Made by a program: the position numbers and the translations under genes. Below the pieces are notes generated by a model. That model saw nothing but the letters and a program-made list of their open reading frames with translations, ran no database searches and had not been told where the DNA came from. Positions 14,051-28,410 of a DNA stretch of 64,000 nucleotides are shown piece after piece. Source of the DNA: Octopus vulgaris (Eukaryota); contig OX597816.1 in NCBI GenBank assembly GCA_951406725.2, forward strand, positions 151,280,001-151,344,000. Reading direction: 5' to 3'. The first letter of the stretch is position 1. Each line of letters opens with the position of its first letter.

Positions 14051-16239
14051 AATGTTGGATTAAATACGTAACTCCATTATTTCAGACCACCTTCATTCTT
14101 CAAGTGTTTTATGTTAATTTATTTGTCAACTGCTCTGACTTGTAAAAAGAAGTGACACGGTGGATAGGTAGACTCGTTAGAGCTTGGGACACAATAATAC
14201 CGTATTTGGTTACAGCCTTTTACATTTCAAGTTCAAATCCTTTAAGAAGTTTGATTATCTTAAAAGTTCCTTACAGTTAAAGTAACAACTACAAGTATTT
14301 ACTTGCAGATCCAAACTGAAATTTAGCTTCAACTAGGATGGAAAGATTTTTCCTTTTCTTGTAGTGTCACTACATCTGTTTTAGTGTCAGAGCTTTTATC
14401 ATCAATTTGCTGAATATATTCCATACTTTCCTTTTTAACACTCCAAAACTTTGAGAGTAGTTTTTTTTTGTTGTTGTTGCACAATTTATCTATCTTCCCG
14501 AATGCAGGATTTTTCTCTTTATTTTTTTAGCATGTTGATAACCATAAAATTTGTATTGAGAAAACTTTTTTCATTTTGCTCAAGTGATAATCATTGGAAA
14601 CTCTATCTCTACTTTATGATAAATATTAATTCTTAGAATGCAATATCAATTCCTGTAAAGTGAATTTCATGTGTCAAGGACATATTTCCCAAATGCAGTT
14701 ATTTCAACATTCTCGATCTTTGAGATATATGATACAGGTAGGCTCTCAATAAGTCTCATTTGTATTAAATCATCTTCAGTTCCTTAATCAATTCGACCAG
14801 GTTTATCAATATCAAAGCCTGTTGCAAAGTTAATGCCACAATCTTATAATGAATTTAAAAGGATTTTTGACAGAGATATAAACCTAGTGTCAGTGATAAA
14901 CTTCTATTTTGGATTCACACTATGCACTATCATTTCCTCTATTCACTGAAACTCATCCATCAGCTACTTCAGATGAACCATTAGTAACATTAGCCTACCT
15001 ACTGATCATTAATAATTATCTCCTTGATACCGCCACACTCCTTACTATCATTTGATTTCTTTGCTTTCAAGGTTACTGTAATGCATCTTAACCATGTTTC
15101 AACAAGTTCAAGATCAGTCAGTACCAATGCAGAGCTTGCCAATGACACCATTGTTATGATGTAAGATATAACAATAAATAGTCTGATAAAGAACATATTT
15201 ATTTAACAGGTAACATACAATATGTAAATAAAGGTTCAAAGTGGCATGTACAAATTTGTCACAGTAACTGCAATAGGAATCAAGCTATAATCCATCTAGT
15301 CTTCTCACTTGTATAGCATTGACTGTTTCATTAAAATATCTTGCTATTATATCAGAAGAGGAGCTTATTCACCATTATCATTTTATGTCCTCTTTCCATT
15401 CTGGCATGGGTTGACTAGGTGGTCTTCATTGTTTGAATCATTTCTTATGAGAGCTACTACTACTAAAGACTTGTGCATGTATGTGTCATTTGGTTTGGTT
15501 TCTGTCACCAGCTACTTTGCAGAGTGTATTGGATGCATTTTCTTGTAGCACCTACACTAGAGTACTCAGTAACCTAATTTGTGTAGACTGAAGAAGGAGA
15601 TAGGAAAGGGTGCAATGACAGCAGAAAGGTCAGAAATGGGTGATTGAGAGGAGGTTATAGGACTGTAAGTGTAGAGAATATCTAATAGCCCAGGATGTGT
15701 CCATTTGCTCAAGTGGTCTAAGAAGAACATAGGAGAGAGAGGAGAAGCAAGACATCAAAATGGTTGGAGTGGATGTAAGAATGGAAGAGTCAAGAGTATA
15801 CTGGGAAAGACAAAGAGATGTTAGAGGGTAGAGTCAACAAAGCAGTATTATTGGCAATAGTTGGGATGAACAAAGGTAAGTGTAGATGGTGAGATAAAGG
15901 CAAGAATTGGGGTTAAGTGACAATAGAGGTAACCCAGAGGAGTGAGTGCTGTGGGCTGTATTGCAGCAAGGTGAAGCTAGAGTGTATAGGGTAGATAGTC
16001 TCTTACTTTTCAATGCAGTCTCTTATATCTTGGCCTAGAGAAGAATAGGGGTGTCAGAATGAAGTAAAGTGGCTGATGCAGTCTGTACAGATTGTGGTAA
16101 GATGAAAGATAGAGAGCTAGGAATGATGAATAAATGGAAGTCACGAAGTGGGGGAGTGAGTAATAGATACATGAAGTTCAACATGAGGATATAAAGTGAG
16201 AAGGCAGTTTTGTCATGGGTGAATGGTTCTTTTGTAGCC

Positions 16240-17140
16240 TAGCATAGTCCTTTGTTATCTCCCCAATATACATTACATGCCTGTACCTGTGCACCCTCCT
16301 CTCTTGCACACAACACTCAATCTTATACCCAGCTTTTCATGTAGCTTATTTGTACTCTAGTGTTTATACACACTAACATTCACATCCATCAAAACATACT
16401 GGTTTCATTTCTTTGTAGTCTTTACAAGTCTTCTGCATTCTAAGCCTATATTTTGCTACCATGTAACATTGCTGTTCTAACATAGGTGTCACACATTCTA
16501 AGGCTTTTGTTTCCAGCAGTGGTAATAAGTCCTTGAACTTTATCCAAACCCTTTTTACCGTGGCTACAATACATATTTTCTGTACAACTACTTTCCCTGC
16601 TAATTATGTCTCCTAGATAGCAGGCGTTATGAACCACTTCTAATGAGACAACCTGGCATATAAGCAAATCTATTTTCTGTGTGCTTCTAATATGTATTGC
16701 TCCAGTGCATCTGCCATGTACAAAGCTTACTTTCTTTACTGGCCTGCCTGTGATTCCACTACGTTTTTTGTGTGTCCATAATTTACATTGTGTTCAGTAT
16801 ATAGAATTTATACCTACTCTTTTTCTGTATATGAAACAAAGCCATTTCCCTGCAAATACCAAGGTCTTATCTTCTTTCTTACATACTAATATCTCTAACA
16901 CCTTGAGGACACTTGATTCTAAATTTCACTATAGATTCAGTTTTGAGAACTAGATCATCAGCACATAGGAGTTCCCATGGCAGCCAATGTTAAACCCCTT
17001 TCTGATAAACAGTAGGACTATGAGGAGAAGACTGAGGACTAAGCCTCGATGGACTCCTGTTATTATGCTAAATTTGTCACTAAACACAATGTTGACTCTC
17101 GCTTTACCTATTTTGTACATAGTTTATACAACTCACAAAG
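16240..17140 (-). mobile_element. Highly degenerate RTE-clade LINE RT fragment
   Basis: Minus-strand remnants GCPWELLCADDL, YLGDIIS and YVRTAMLHGS; homologous to 30646-31885. Confidence 0.8.
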
Positions 17141-17147
17141 TTTACAC

Positions 17148-17422
17148 CAGGCCTAGCCAACTCGAATTACATTGTGGGCCACTTTAATCACAGAAAGATT
17201 TTTAGGGCTGCGTGTATACTTTATGCTATTATTACAATGACAAATAAATGATTGTTGATTCAACATGAAATATCGTTGCAAAAACAGTAGTATCTTTCTT
17301 CAATTTTTGATAAAATTTTAAAAATGTTTAAATAAACCTATTTCAAGAAAGTATCAAGTGGGCTGCAAAATAAAAATCTGCGGGTCGCATGTGGCCCACA
17401 GGCCTCAGGTTGGCCAACTCTG
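17148..17422. mobile_element. hAT-type MITE
   Basis: CAGGCCTAGCCAAC...GTTGGCCAACTCTG termini, subterminal GTGGCCC motifs, 8-bp TSD gtttacac/gtctacac. Confidence 0.75.
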
Positions 17423-18454
17423 GTCTACACCTAGTTCTCTTAACGAGTCATTTGTCTACACTTAATTTCTTTAGTAAATTAGTTTCATTAGTGAAATGTA
17501 ATGTGAAACTAATAGTTTTGTATTTTATATTCCATACTGAGAATTTCATATTTCTCTATAACTCTAGTTTCTGTCTAACCAGTACAGGTACTAGAATCAA
17601 TAATGTTGACTATAATCATCTGTCTCCTTCTTAACTTTCCCTTTAAACTTGCACTAAGAGAGAGAGAAAAAGGATAAGGCAAAGAGTGAGACAGAAGAAA
17701 AGAGAGAAGCATCCATGAGGTGAGGTAGGGGGAATGTAATGATTTTAGCAGAGAGAGAGGGGTGAGGAGGGAGAGACAGAGAGATATGAGGAGGAAGAGA
17801 GAGAGAGAGAGAAATGTGAGTAGGGAGAGAGAGAGATGTTGTGGTGGAGATGGAGTTGGAAGTGGTGGTGGTGATTAGATAGTGAAAAGGGTATTTTGTA
17901 AAAATTGAATTATGTTTTTTATATCAACTATCACTTAATGCATGCACATATGTGCAATTCTGTGAAATATTCATGCTTATTTGTGTGGCAGATATATGCA
18001 ATCTAACTAAAGGTTGTATCATATGTATGGGATTTCTTTTTTGCTTTTGGGAAAAATGGAAAAATAAGAGTGAATATTTATTGTATGAGTGCTGTATATT
18101 AAGTCTACAAAACTAGGCATAATGTATATAAAGTGCATTAAGTAATCATTGTATTCCAATTTCTTTCACTTTCCAATGAGTAACAGATGAGCGACTATCT
18201 TTCCATACAGACACAACACAGGCTATGCTTTCAGGTTTTTTTGGATAAAGTTTTCAGAAATAACCCAATGATTTTACCATTAATTCCATGAAATATTCAT
18301 GGGTCCCGCTAGATATAAGTAATTATCAATGATTTTAGCTTACTACATTAGTGTCTTGTTAAGAAATAAAACAGTGGAATATCTGACACACCATACTAAA
18401 GAAAATATTTTACAATTCTCACATATGACAAAATTTTGTTTCTGTGCTTCCTTT

Positions 18455-18822
18455 AGCTAGCTTTGCAACCATGTGACCTTGTGTTCAGCCCCACTGCACT
18501 GCACCTTGTGCGACTGTCTTCTACTATAGCCCTAGGCCAAGCAAAGTCTTATGAATAGATTTGGTAGATGGAAACTGAAAGAAGACTGTGGTCTGTATAA
18601 ATGTATATATATGTGTGTTTGTCTCTCCAGCAGCACTTGACAGCCAATGATGGTTTGTTTACATCTCTGTAACTTAGCAGGTCAGCAAAAGAAACTGATA
18701 GAATAAGTACCAGGCTTTAAAAAAAAAATAAACACTGGGGTCAATTTGTTTGACTAAATCCATCAAGGTAGTACTCCAGCATGGCCACAGTTTGGTGACT
18801 GAAACAATTAGAAGATAAAAAA
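18455..18822 (+). mobile_element. tRNA-derived SINE with internal (TA)n/(TG)n
   Basis: Head ..gttcagccccactgc..tgtcttctactatagc..ggtagatggaaactgaaagaag and tail ..gaataagtaccagg..ctccagcatggccacagt. The family recurs at 21170, 25080 (-), 30470 and 48370. Confidence 0.7.
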
Positions 18823-19673
18823 AAAGGTGTATATACATAACACACTTCTGCACAGTTTCTGTCTACCAAATTCTGTTCAGAAGTTTAGCTCAAGGTACTG
18901 TGCAATGGGATCAAATCTAGACTCCTAGTTTAAAGTTTCTTAAAACCACACAGCTATTTTGTCTTTTGTCAAAAAGTTCCTTATACCATCATCATTGCTC
19001 ATACTCCTTGAAATTGATGTCTTTATTCATAGTACACATGAACTTTGACCTTTAGTTTTAATGTCCCTTGCAAGCTTTACCTGTCATATGATGTTTTGTG
19101 GTGCCTAGCAACCAATTTATTATATATTTATCAGTTGTTCAAACATGTCTAAATCTAGCTATCATTCTATCTGTGTCGCTTCTACTTAAATTCTATTCTT
19201 TGATTTCTCTCTATTGACTGTCTCAACCACTGTTGCTGTTTCTACCTTTTTTTCTTAACTCTCATATTTCTTCTTTCTAGTTCAGCCTCCTTTTTCTTTC
19301 CACTCTGGGAATTCTATATTTTGGTTGAACTGGTTGGACTACTGCTCAGCTCTGTCTCTTAACAGCTGAGGTTTTACTTATCGGCTGTAGAGATTACTTT
19401 AAATTTCTTTGGTGAATGCTTTTTGTAAAATCAAAGACCTTAACTGCTGGGAATAAGTTACATGTTTACTCTTTGAAACTGGAATAATGTAGTATGATAG
19501 ATATGGGGAATATATACAAAACTCTTGTTTCAACCTTTGGCATAAAAGAGAAAAATACAAAAGGAATGGGAGGTACTTTCAAATCCAAACACTTCTATTG
19601 CATCAGAAACATATACAGCAACAGTGTGGCATTTAAAGACCAGCAAGTGTACAATTGCCTTACAAATGGTTTA

Positions 19674-20890
19674 TACAAGGGGTTACCTAAAAGTAACTGG
19701 AAACGTTCTCTGTGGGACAAGCCCATTGTAGTTCATGCTTCCACCACTAGAAGACACTTGATGGAACCCTCAGGTATCAGTCTGCTGACCAGCAGCAGCA
19801 TGTTGAGTCATATTGCCATGCGGTATGTCTTTGTTTTGCAGTGCTTCTCCCCTGTTCATCGATTTTTGCAATAGCTGAAATGAAGGGACAACGTGCTTCT
19901 ATGAAATTTGTTTTCTGCCAGGGAAAATGGCAGCTGAAACAGTTGTCATGCTTCAAACAGCTTACAAAGATACTGCCATGAGCAAAACACAAATTTACAA
20001 GTGGTTTTCACACTTTAGGAATGGTCATTTGTTGCTTGAAGACCAACCTCATTCAGGGCGACTATTGACCTCTCAAACAATTGATGAACTTGTTGATATG
20101 ACAGGTATGTCCTGGAGCACCTGCCAATGAATTTTGAGTGAAGAATTGTGAATGAAAAGAGTTGAAGCAAAATTTATGCATCACTTGCTCATGGAAGATC
20201 AAAAGCAGTCATGACTGAATGCATGTCATGAACTGAAAGAACAGTTGGAAGTTGATCTGGACCTTTTTATGAAGATCATCACTGGTGACAAAAGCTGGTG
20301 CTATGGCTACAACCCAGAAACGAAGCAGCAATCCAGTCAATGAAAGCATCAAGTGAAGTCCAGTGTCAAAACAATGCTGATTTGTTTCATCGACGTGAAA
20401 GGACTTGTCCACACAGAATTTGTTCCGCCAGGTCAAACTGTAACCAGACATTTTACTTAGCAATTCTGAAGCATTTTCAAAACATGGGGAGATGAAAATG
20501 CCCTGACCTGTGACAAAGTGGATAGTGGTGGTTTCATCATGATAATGCACCTGTGCACACCATCTTGAGTGTGAGACAGTTTTTAATAAAAAATGGCATG
20601 ACCCACTTACCCATCCTCCCTATTCACCCAATCTTGCTTCCTGTGTCTTTATATTTGTTCCTCCAAATGAAAAAAATCCTTAAAGGAAAACGTTTTGTAG
20701 ACGTGGAAGAGGTGAAGAAAAAACCTCAAAGGTGTTAAAAGGCATTACTTCACAAGAGTTCCAGGACTACTTACAACTATGGAAAATGTGTCTGGACTGA
20801 TGCATTGATTCAAATGGAGAACACTTTGAAGGCGGTAAAAGTATAAACATGTGAAACTAGGTGAATAAAATAATATTGCAAAATTCCCTT
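19674..20890 (+). mobile_element. Degenerate mariner (DD34D) transposon
   Basis: Broken frames AAETVVMLQTAYKD..YKWFSHF, IITGDKSW, WFHHDNAPVH, YSPNL-like and LFLQMKKILKGKRF. Left TIR begins TACAAGGGGTTACCTAAAAGTAACTGGAA; the right TIR is decayed. Confidence 0.9.
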
Positions 20891-22095
20891 TATAAGTTAC
20901 GACCAAGTTTTCTTGGGGACTTTTAAAATTAGCTTGATACATTTCTCTCTAAGATTTCCAGGTCAACCATCTGCAAAATACTATCATTAAAGTAGTGGCT
21001 CCACCAGTTCATGATCTAGAGTTGCCACATATTCCCCAAAAAATTGTTGACCACCATCACAACATAGTACATTGAACGTTTTGATGGTGGCACTCTTGTA
21101 TGTTTTAAGCCGTTATGGCTTCAATAAATTCATGTTTGTGAATGTATATGCATCCTTATATTTATGTATATATATGAGCAGGCTTTGGACTAGTGCCTTC
21201 TGATATAACCTTGGGCTAACCAAAGCCTTGTGAGTGAATTTGATTGATGGAAACTGAAAGAAGCTTGTCATGTACTTATATGTATATATATGTGTGTATT
21301 TGTGAATCCTTGTCTTGACATTGGATTAAAGTTATAAGCAAGCATCACTGTCATACAAGCAGTGCCATTTGCTTCCAATCTTTTATGAAAACATGTCCAG
21401 CATTGGTAAAATATTACCTTGTTTAGAAACAGGTGAATGTTAGTGACAGGTAGGTCTCTACCTATTGAAAATCTGCCTTGATAAATTCCATCTGACCCAT
21501 ACAAATATGGAAAAATGGAAGTTTAAATTGATAGTAGTAGCAGCTGTTGCCTGATGGATGTGTGTATGTGTGTGTATTAAGTTTATTTTAAAATTTGTGA
21601 CCTAATTTCCTGCATACAGAAAATGCTGTTTTAAACTGAAACTATATATTTTTATTTTAAAACTTCTTTGTACACAAATTTTTTTGTTTCTTTTCATACT
21701 ATGAATATATCCAAACCTAAAAAAAAACCTTTCTGATACCCTAGATAAGCAACATATATTTCACCATGTAAGGACACTGACTTTTGTTAAATCAGTGCAA
21801 TTTTTTTTAAATGTTAGTCTTTGTAATTTATTTATAGTTATTACCATTGTTATTTAATTGGATACCATTTTCTTATTTCTGTAAATGCAAACTTGTCACC
21901 TCCAGAAGAAAGGTCAACTATTGGAATAAACATATAATTCTTGGGCCAAGAACACTTTCTTTTTGTTTGATAACTTTCATTCTAATTTTCTGAATAACTA
22001 AATAAGTGCCATTACACATCATATTTACTTGGCCAAGTAGTGTATTGCTCAATGACTGCAGCCTTATTTTTTAGCTTTAATAGCTGCATGATACA

Positions 22096-22324
22096 TTAAC
22101 CCATTAGCATTTAATCCAGCTGTATCTGGCTCAAATATTCTTCCTATTTTATGTTCAAACTGGCTCGATCCAGCCTCTCACACCTACAAAGCATTTGTCA
22201 TTCTAAACATAAACAGTAAACTTGCTGAAATCTGAAAGCTACAAGATAATGCATGATTAATTCAAAATAATGTGAATAAATAAGCATTATATATAACAGA
22301 ATAATCCAAATGCTCAACAATTAA
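22096..22324. mobile_element. piggyBac-like MITE (decayed)
   Basis: TTAACCCATTAGCATTT...AAATGCTCAACAATTAA termini with TTAA at both ends. Confidence 0.5.
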
Positions 22325-22479
22325 AAATATTTAAATATTCTTGTGTAAATTCAAAAAGTTCATAATGATCTCAACATTTATTATAACTGAACAATATTGT
22401 TTTATATCCTCGAAACTAATTTCATATTGATTAAATCAACATTATTTGAAGCTAAAATCACAGTTTTTGTAAAACATGG

Positions 22480-22738
22480 TTTGTTTCATAGTTTACAGAA
22501 TCATTTGGGGGATATAACTTTCGCAAGCCAGGAGGAGGTCAAAACTGACATTTCAGAGTTCTTCACTTTGGAAACAAAAGAGTTTTACATTGATCAGATT
22601 AAAAAGCTTGTAAATAGATGGAAGGAAGTCATAGATAATCAGGGAAAGTACATTGATGATAATTTCAATTAAATATAACATGTGATCACTAGTTTTCTTT
22701 ATTCAAAATTCGGACTGAACTTATGAGATGACCTGATA
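22480..22738 (+). mobile_element. 3' fragment of the mariner family at 26868-28123
   Basis: LFHSLQNHL...IKKLVNRWKEVIDNQGKYID plus right TIR; near-identical to 27865-28125. Confidence 0.88.
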
Positions 22739-22923
22739 TTGAGATTATTGTTATTAATGGTAAAGTAGCAGGAGTAGTAATAGTTAAATGTTTGTTTGTA
22801 TATTTCTAGCTCAACTGTGTTAAAAAGAAGTATTAATAATAATCTCCTTCTCCTGCACTTCCTTCAGGTTGGGTAACCATGTATTTCCTTCGTGGTAGTG
22901 CACCTGTTTCTATCTTCATTCCT

Positions 22924-22956
<33 letters not shown>

Positions 22957-23399
22957 AGCTAGGTAACCTTGTACTTCCTCTACAGCAAGACACCTATAAT
23001 CTTTCATCATCCAACACAAAATCACCTCCTACAATGCTTCTTTCCCTCTTAAATTTTTTTTTAACTTTTTCTTGCAAGTACTTGGTGACTCTGTCAGTGC
23101 ATGTGCCACTTAAAAGCACCCAGTCCACACTAAAGTGGTTGGTGTTTGGGAGGGTGTCCAGCTATAAAAAACCTTGCCAAAACTGACCTCACCTGTGCTT
23201 GTGCCATGTAAAAGCACTAAGTTCACTCTGCTGAGGGGTTGGTGTTAGGAAGGGCATCCAGCTGTAAAAATCCTGCCAAAACAGTCACAGAAGTCTGGTA
23301 CAGGCTTCTGCCTGGCCAGCTCTCGTGAAACCATCCCACCTATGCTAGCATGGAAGGTGGACTAACATTTTAAAAAAATTGCACTGATTTAACAAAAGA

Positions 23400-24810
23400 A
23401 GAGTTATGGTGAATTCCGACAAGGGATTAGCAACAATGAGGCTTTCTGGTACTTTTTTGTCTTCCCTACTTGAAGATGTATCAGGATTCAACAACTTGCT
23501 GTCCACTTGGAAAATGGTCAGGTTTACTTCACTCAAATAACTGCTGTACAGCAAGCACTAAGTCTAAGGGACAGTACACTTATAGATTTAAGCTCTGCAA
23601 GTTTGATAGCTTTGAAAAACATTGCTGTACCATCAGCGACAACATGCAATGAAGACAAAAAAATTAAGGTGCCCTTGTTAAGAGCCAACTGACATAATTT
23701 TTTTATTGCACCATTGGAAAGGAGTATACTATAAACAATGAATGCATTGTTCAAAAACCCTTCTCTTTAAAGTGTGAGGTTCAAGTTCATTTCAAGATTG
23801 ATGAAAAGTACCAGGCAAAATTTAGATCATCCACAGAGAAACATGTTTATATTTAGATCACTGGAGAATGGTCACAATGGAATGCAACATAAAAGTTTCT
23901 GTATTTCAACCAGCCTAGGGTTCCTTTCACCATCCTGTTAGAACATTATGAACCAGTCAATCTGCTTCAGCTTTGGCTCAAGTATCATGATGACTTTGTC
24001 AAAGATTTCAAGCATCAAGCTCAACAGATGCACCTCGGTATGAAAACAGAATGAAATCTATCATGTAGATTTCATTGACAAGCTCAAAGGCATAAATGGT
24101 CAAAGATTTCAAAAATATGATCTCCCTTGACCTAACTACACTGAAGGAAAAAGTCTAGCTACAGGAATTTTAAGACACTTCATATAATGTGAACAGTGTG
24201 TGTAAATAATAGTGAACACAAACTCACTGTGGAGTAGAGGGCAGTCTACTATGGTATTAGGGTTTAGCAATAAGAAACTAAATTTGTTTCCTTTATTGTT
24301 ATGGTTGCATTGGAAAGATATTCCAGAGCAGTCTATTGCTTGCCAAGTCCCAAAAGGAACAAAAGCTAATGAAATCTGCATGTCTGTGGCATACTCATCA
24401 TCATCCTTCAACCAACCTATGCTTGGTCGGAACTCCATTGACAATCCCTCTCCATACTACATCCTGCATTGCTGTGTTCAGATCTTTAATACCTAGCCTT
24501 GAGTCCCAAAATATAGTATCTGGAAATGTTAGTTTCCAGAGGAATGCCAAAGGAGCAGGGATGAGATAACCTCTTTCTCTGCTCGATGACAGTGGCCATC
24601 AAATTGTAGCCATTTCTGCTTTGGCTTGAGGGATATTGGTATCAGATTTCCATAGATGTTACAAAGTGTTGAGTGTGATCTCCAACTGGTGTTCTGTATC
24701 TTTCTGAGCAGGTTGGTGTATGTTCCATATAGTTTGCATACTAATTCAGTGAGTAGGTTGTTTATTTGATCAAACAACTGGATGCTCATATTTTGTTCTC
24801 AACAGTGGAG
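23400..24810. mobile_element. Scrambled Helitron Rep/PIF1-helicase relic
   Basis: Plus-strand fragments ISNNEAFW, IQQLAVHLENGQVYF, ILLEHYEPVNLLQLWLKYHDDF and VPKGTKANEI. Minus-strand fragment NMSIQLFD..NLLRKIQNTSW. These resemble Helitron RepHel motifs as I recall them. Confidence 0.6.
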
Positions 24811-25798
24811 TCCATCATAGATATAAATCATTTCATCATCATTTTGATGTCCACTATTCCTTGCTTGTATGGCTCAGACAGAGTCTATTGAGGTAGATTT
24901 TCTATGGCTGCATGCCTTTCCTGTTACCTAACCTCACCTGTTTTCAAATAAATATTTTTCTATGGCCAAAATATTTTCACAGGACATTGGAAATGACAGT
25001 GACATTCATTTATAACTATGTAAAAAGAGGAAACATAATTACATGCACACATGCGCAGGTGAATTCACACCCACACCCAAGGATCTTCTTTCAGTTTCCT
25101 TCTACTAAATCCACTCACAAGGCTTTGGTCAGCCCAGGGCTATAGCAGAAGATACTTGCCCAAGGTACCATAGAACAGGACTGAACCTGAAACTATGTGG
25201 GTGCGATGCAAACTTCTTAACCACAGTCATGCTTGCACCTATATTTCTATGTATATGTTTATACTTTTCAATTACAAATAAATTAGTGACTGCACATGTA
25301 TGTATATGTATTATATTGCATTGTTTATCATATGCATTTTGCCTTACATGAGTAAGTTTGTTTTTGCCTGTGTACTTGCATTGAATGTTTATATTTGTGC
25401 TGCTGTTGCTACTATTACTATACTAAGAAGGAATAAGTATTAAAAAATACTGTTTGGGAGACCTTTTAATGAAATGTTAAGTTCTCAAGTGAACCAACAG
25501 GAGTGCCTGATTATCTATTGCTGATGTTGGTGGATAGGGTGGAACATCAATTCATAAGCAATTATGATATGCTCTCCCAATTCAATGACTCAAAGTATTT
25601 ATTCCTTGTCTAACCTTTACTGATCTATGTTTTACAGCAGTACAGTATTATGTGACACTTCAGATACATCCAACAGTTTGTGAGGGAGAGAGAAAGTCAG
25701 AGAGAGAGAGAGACTCCAAGTCACATAACTTCACTACTCACTACCAGCATTGTCTAACTAACTAGGTCATTTAAATAAACTTACTACTTGCAGTGGTT

Positions 25799-25799
<1 letters not shown>

Positions 25800-25866
<67 letters not shown>

Positions 25867-25875
25867 GTATATATG
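25800..25875. repeat. Compound (TA)n(CA)n microsatellite, representative of many in the window
   Basis: Direct reading; similar tracts near 6470, 8445, 10570 and 33270. Confidence 0.9.
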
Positions 25876-26247
25876 TACAAAGATTAAGGATTCTGTTTAA
25901 TGAAATTATGATTTTTTCTTACTGCGAAAGTTTCTGTGACCCAAGATTGACGAAGAATCTTTGGTTTAGCATCCATAACATAATTACATCCCTAGAGTTC
26001 TGGCACAGAAACTCTTTCACATTGCAACTAAGCTATGTTTATACAGGCTGAATTTAATTTCATTTAGCACAAAGAGAGACTATGTGAAAGGCATGAATTG
26101 GGTGATATGCAGTAAATGCAGACGATCTACTGGAAATGAAAAAAGAATTTAGTTTCTTAACGTCTATCTAGATAAGCATATAAATTAAATTGGTGACAGG
26201 TTCAGTGAAACTGGTTTTAGAAGGCAGCTAGGCATCAATAATATTGA

Positions 26248-26477
26248 TTAAGCCTTTCGATATCGACCCACCCAAAACCACCTTTGGCTCTGTGGTACAA
26301 ATGTCTTGTTTTCAAAAGTTCTGAATTAAAATCTTCCACCAAACCTTAGCCACAATTGATGTTCCTAACACTAGCTCAATGATAACTAAGTTATTTTACT
26401 AAATTATTTGTTATATTTAAAATTAATTGAAAGAAACACAGAGCATCTCAACAGAAATATGGTACCAAAAGGGTTAA
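26248..26477. mobile_element. piggyBac-like MITE
   Basis: TTAAGCCTTTCGATATC...GGTACCAAAAGGGTTAA termini with TTAA at both ends. Confidence 0.65.
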
Positions 26478-26867
26478 CGTTTGAAGGAACCCTAACCCTA
26501 ATTTTACTGGTTAAGACTCTTTAGGCTCTGAGACTAACTTTAAACTTTTTAGTTTTCATAAGATGTTTTGAGCAGGATTTGAACATATAATATCTAAATT
26601 ATTGATACATAGAAAAAGATTAGTTATTGATCTTTTTCGGATTATTTAAGGGCAAAGAGTATGTTTGGTGTAAAAAATTATATTTGTGTGTGCAGTGAGG
26701 TATACAGCATGCTGTGTGAATGGAACAGACATGGCTGGGTGGCCAAGAAGTTAGCTTCCTAACCTCAGGGTTTCAGGTTCAGTCTCACTGCATGAGTGCT
26801 TCAACAAGTTTCTTCTACTACAGCCTCAGATTTTGTTGAGGTACATTTTCAACAAATTATATATATA

Positions 26868-28123
26868 TGAGGTCATCCCATAAGTTCTGTCCGATTTTAC
26901 CTTTTTTAAAACTGAATGAAATTTAATAGTATTTTAGAATGTCTAATGGAATTAAAAAGTATTTTTATGCATTTGTGTACATTTAAACTAATTAAATATT
27001 ATTTTACAGAATAATAGAATTAAAATTTCTTTGATTAAAATCCTTTCTAACATGGAAGTATCCGAAGGCACATAATGCTTTATGAGTACAAAAAAGGAAA
27101 CTCTGCAGCTGAAGTGAGACAGAACATACACTCAGTTTATGGGAAAGAATGCTTGAATGAAAGAACTTGCAGAAGATGGTTTGCAAAATTCAGAAGTGGA
27201 GATTTCAGCCTTGAAGATGAAGATTGAACAGGACATCCAGTTGAGTTTGATGATAACTCCTTGAGGCATTACTTGAAGAAAATCCTACATTATCAGTCGA
27301 AGAATTGGCAATAAAGCTTAGTTCAAACCATACAACTGTTCATCGTCATCTTCAACAACTTGGAAAATGGGTGCCTCATGAATTGTCTGAAAGCAACCGC
27401 AAATCCCAAGTTGACATCTGCTCTTCTCTCCATTCTCGCGAATTCATTTCACCCTTTTTAGATAGACTTTTGACTGGTAACAAAAAATGGATCTTCTATT
27501 GAAATGTTAAACATAAACAGTGGCTTGGTAAAAGGGAAAAAGCTCAACCACAACCGAGAAGGGGACTTCATGGAAAAAAGGTTCTTCTCTCTGTCTGGTG
27601 GTATTGCAAAGGAGTAATTCACTTTGAATTGTTACCACCTAATGCAACAATCAATGCTCAAATCTACTGTCAACAATTAGAATGTTTGAACCAAGCTTTG
27701 AAGAAAAAAAAACCCCGCTTTAGTGAATCGAAAAGGAGTGATGTTTCATCAGGACAATGCGCGATCCCACACTGCAAAGATCACATCACAGAAGATCAAA
27801 GAGCTTGGTTAGGAAAAAATTCCTTATCTACCTTATTCTCCTGACCTTGCTCCTTCAGACTACCATTTGTTTTGTAGTTTACAGAATCATTTGGGGGACA
27901 TAACTTTCACATGCTAGGAGGAGGTCAAAACTGACATTTCAGAGTTCTTCACTTTAAAACCAAAAGAGTTTTACATTGATGGGATTAAAAAGCTTGTTAA
28001 TAGATGGAAGGAACTCATAAATAATCAGGGAAAGTACATTGATGATTAAATTTCAATTAGATATAACATTTGATCACTTGTTTTCTTATTCAAAATTCGG
28101 ACAGAACTTATAGGATGACCTGA
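26868..28123 (+). mobile_element. Full-length but inactivated mariner (Mos1/Hsmar-like) transposon
   Basis: About 30-bp TIRs (GAGGTCATCCCATAAGTTCTGTCCGATTTT / AAAATTCGGACAGAACTTATAGGATGACCTG), TA flanks, motifs WVPHEL, TGNKKWIFY, HQDNAR and YSPDLAPSDYHLF with stops and frameshifts. Confidence 0.95.
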
Positions 28124-28410
28124 TATATAGATAGGTAGACAGACAGACAGAGACAGCCAGTTTATGGACGCGAAACCCTGGCTAACCCCAGCCATATCTC
28201 ATCATCATCATTTAACATTGTCGTCCCTACATAATCCTTCCCCTATGTTCAGTAGCCATGGAAACATGTAAGGGTTGGAAATAGGAAGGGCATCTGGCTG
28301 TAGAAAATTTGCCTCAACAAATTCTGCTTGATGCATGCATGTTAAATGATGATGATGTTAAATGACGATGATGATGATGATGAACAACAGCAACAACTAA
28401 GAGGAAGTAC

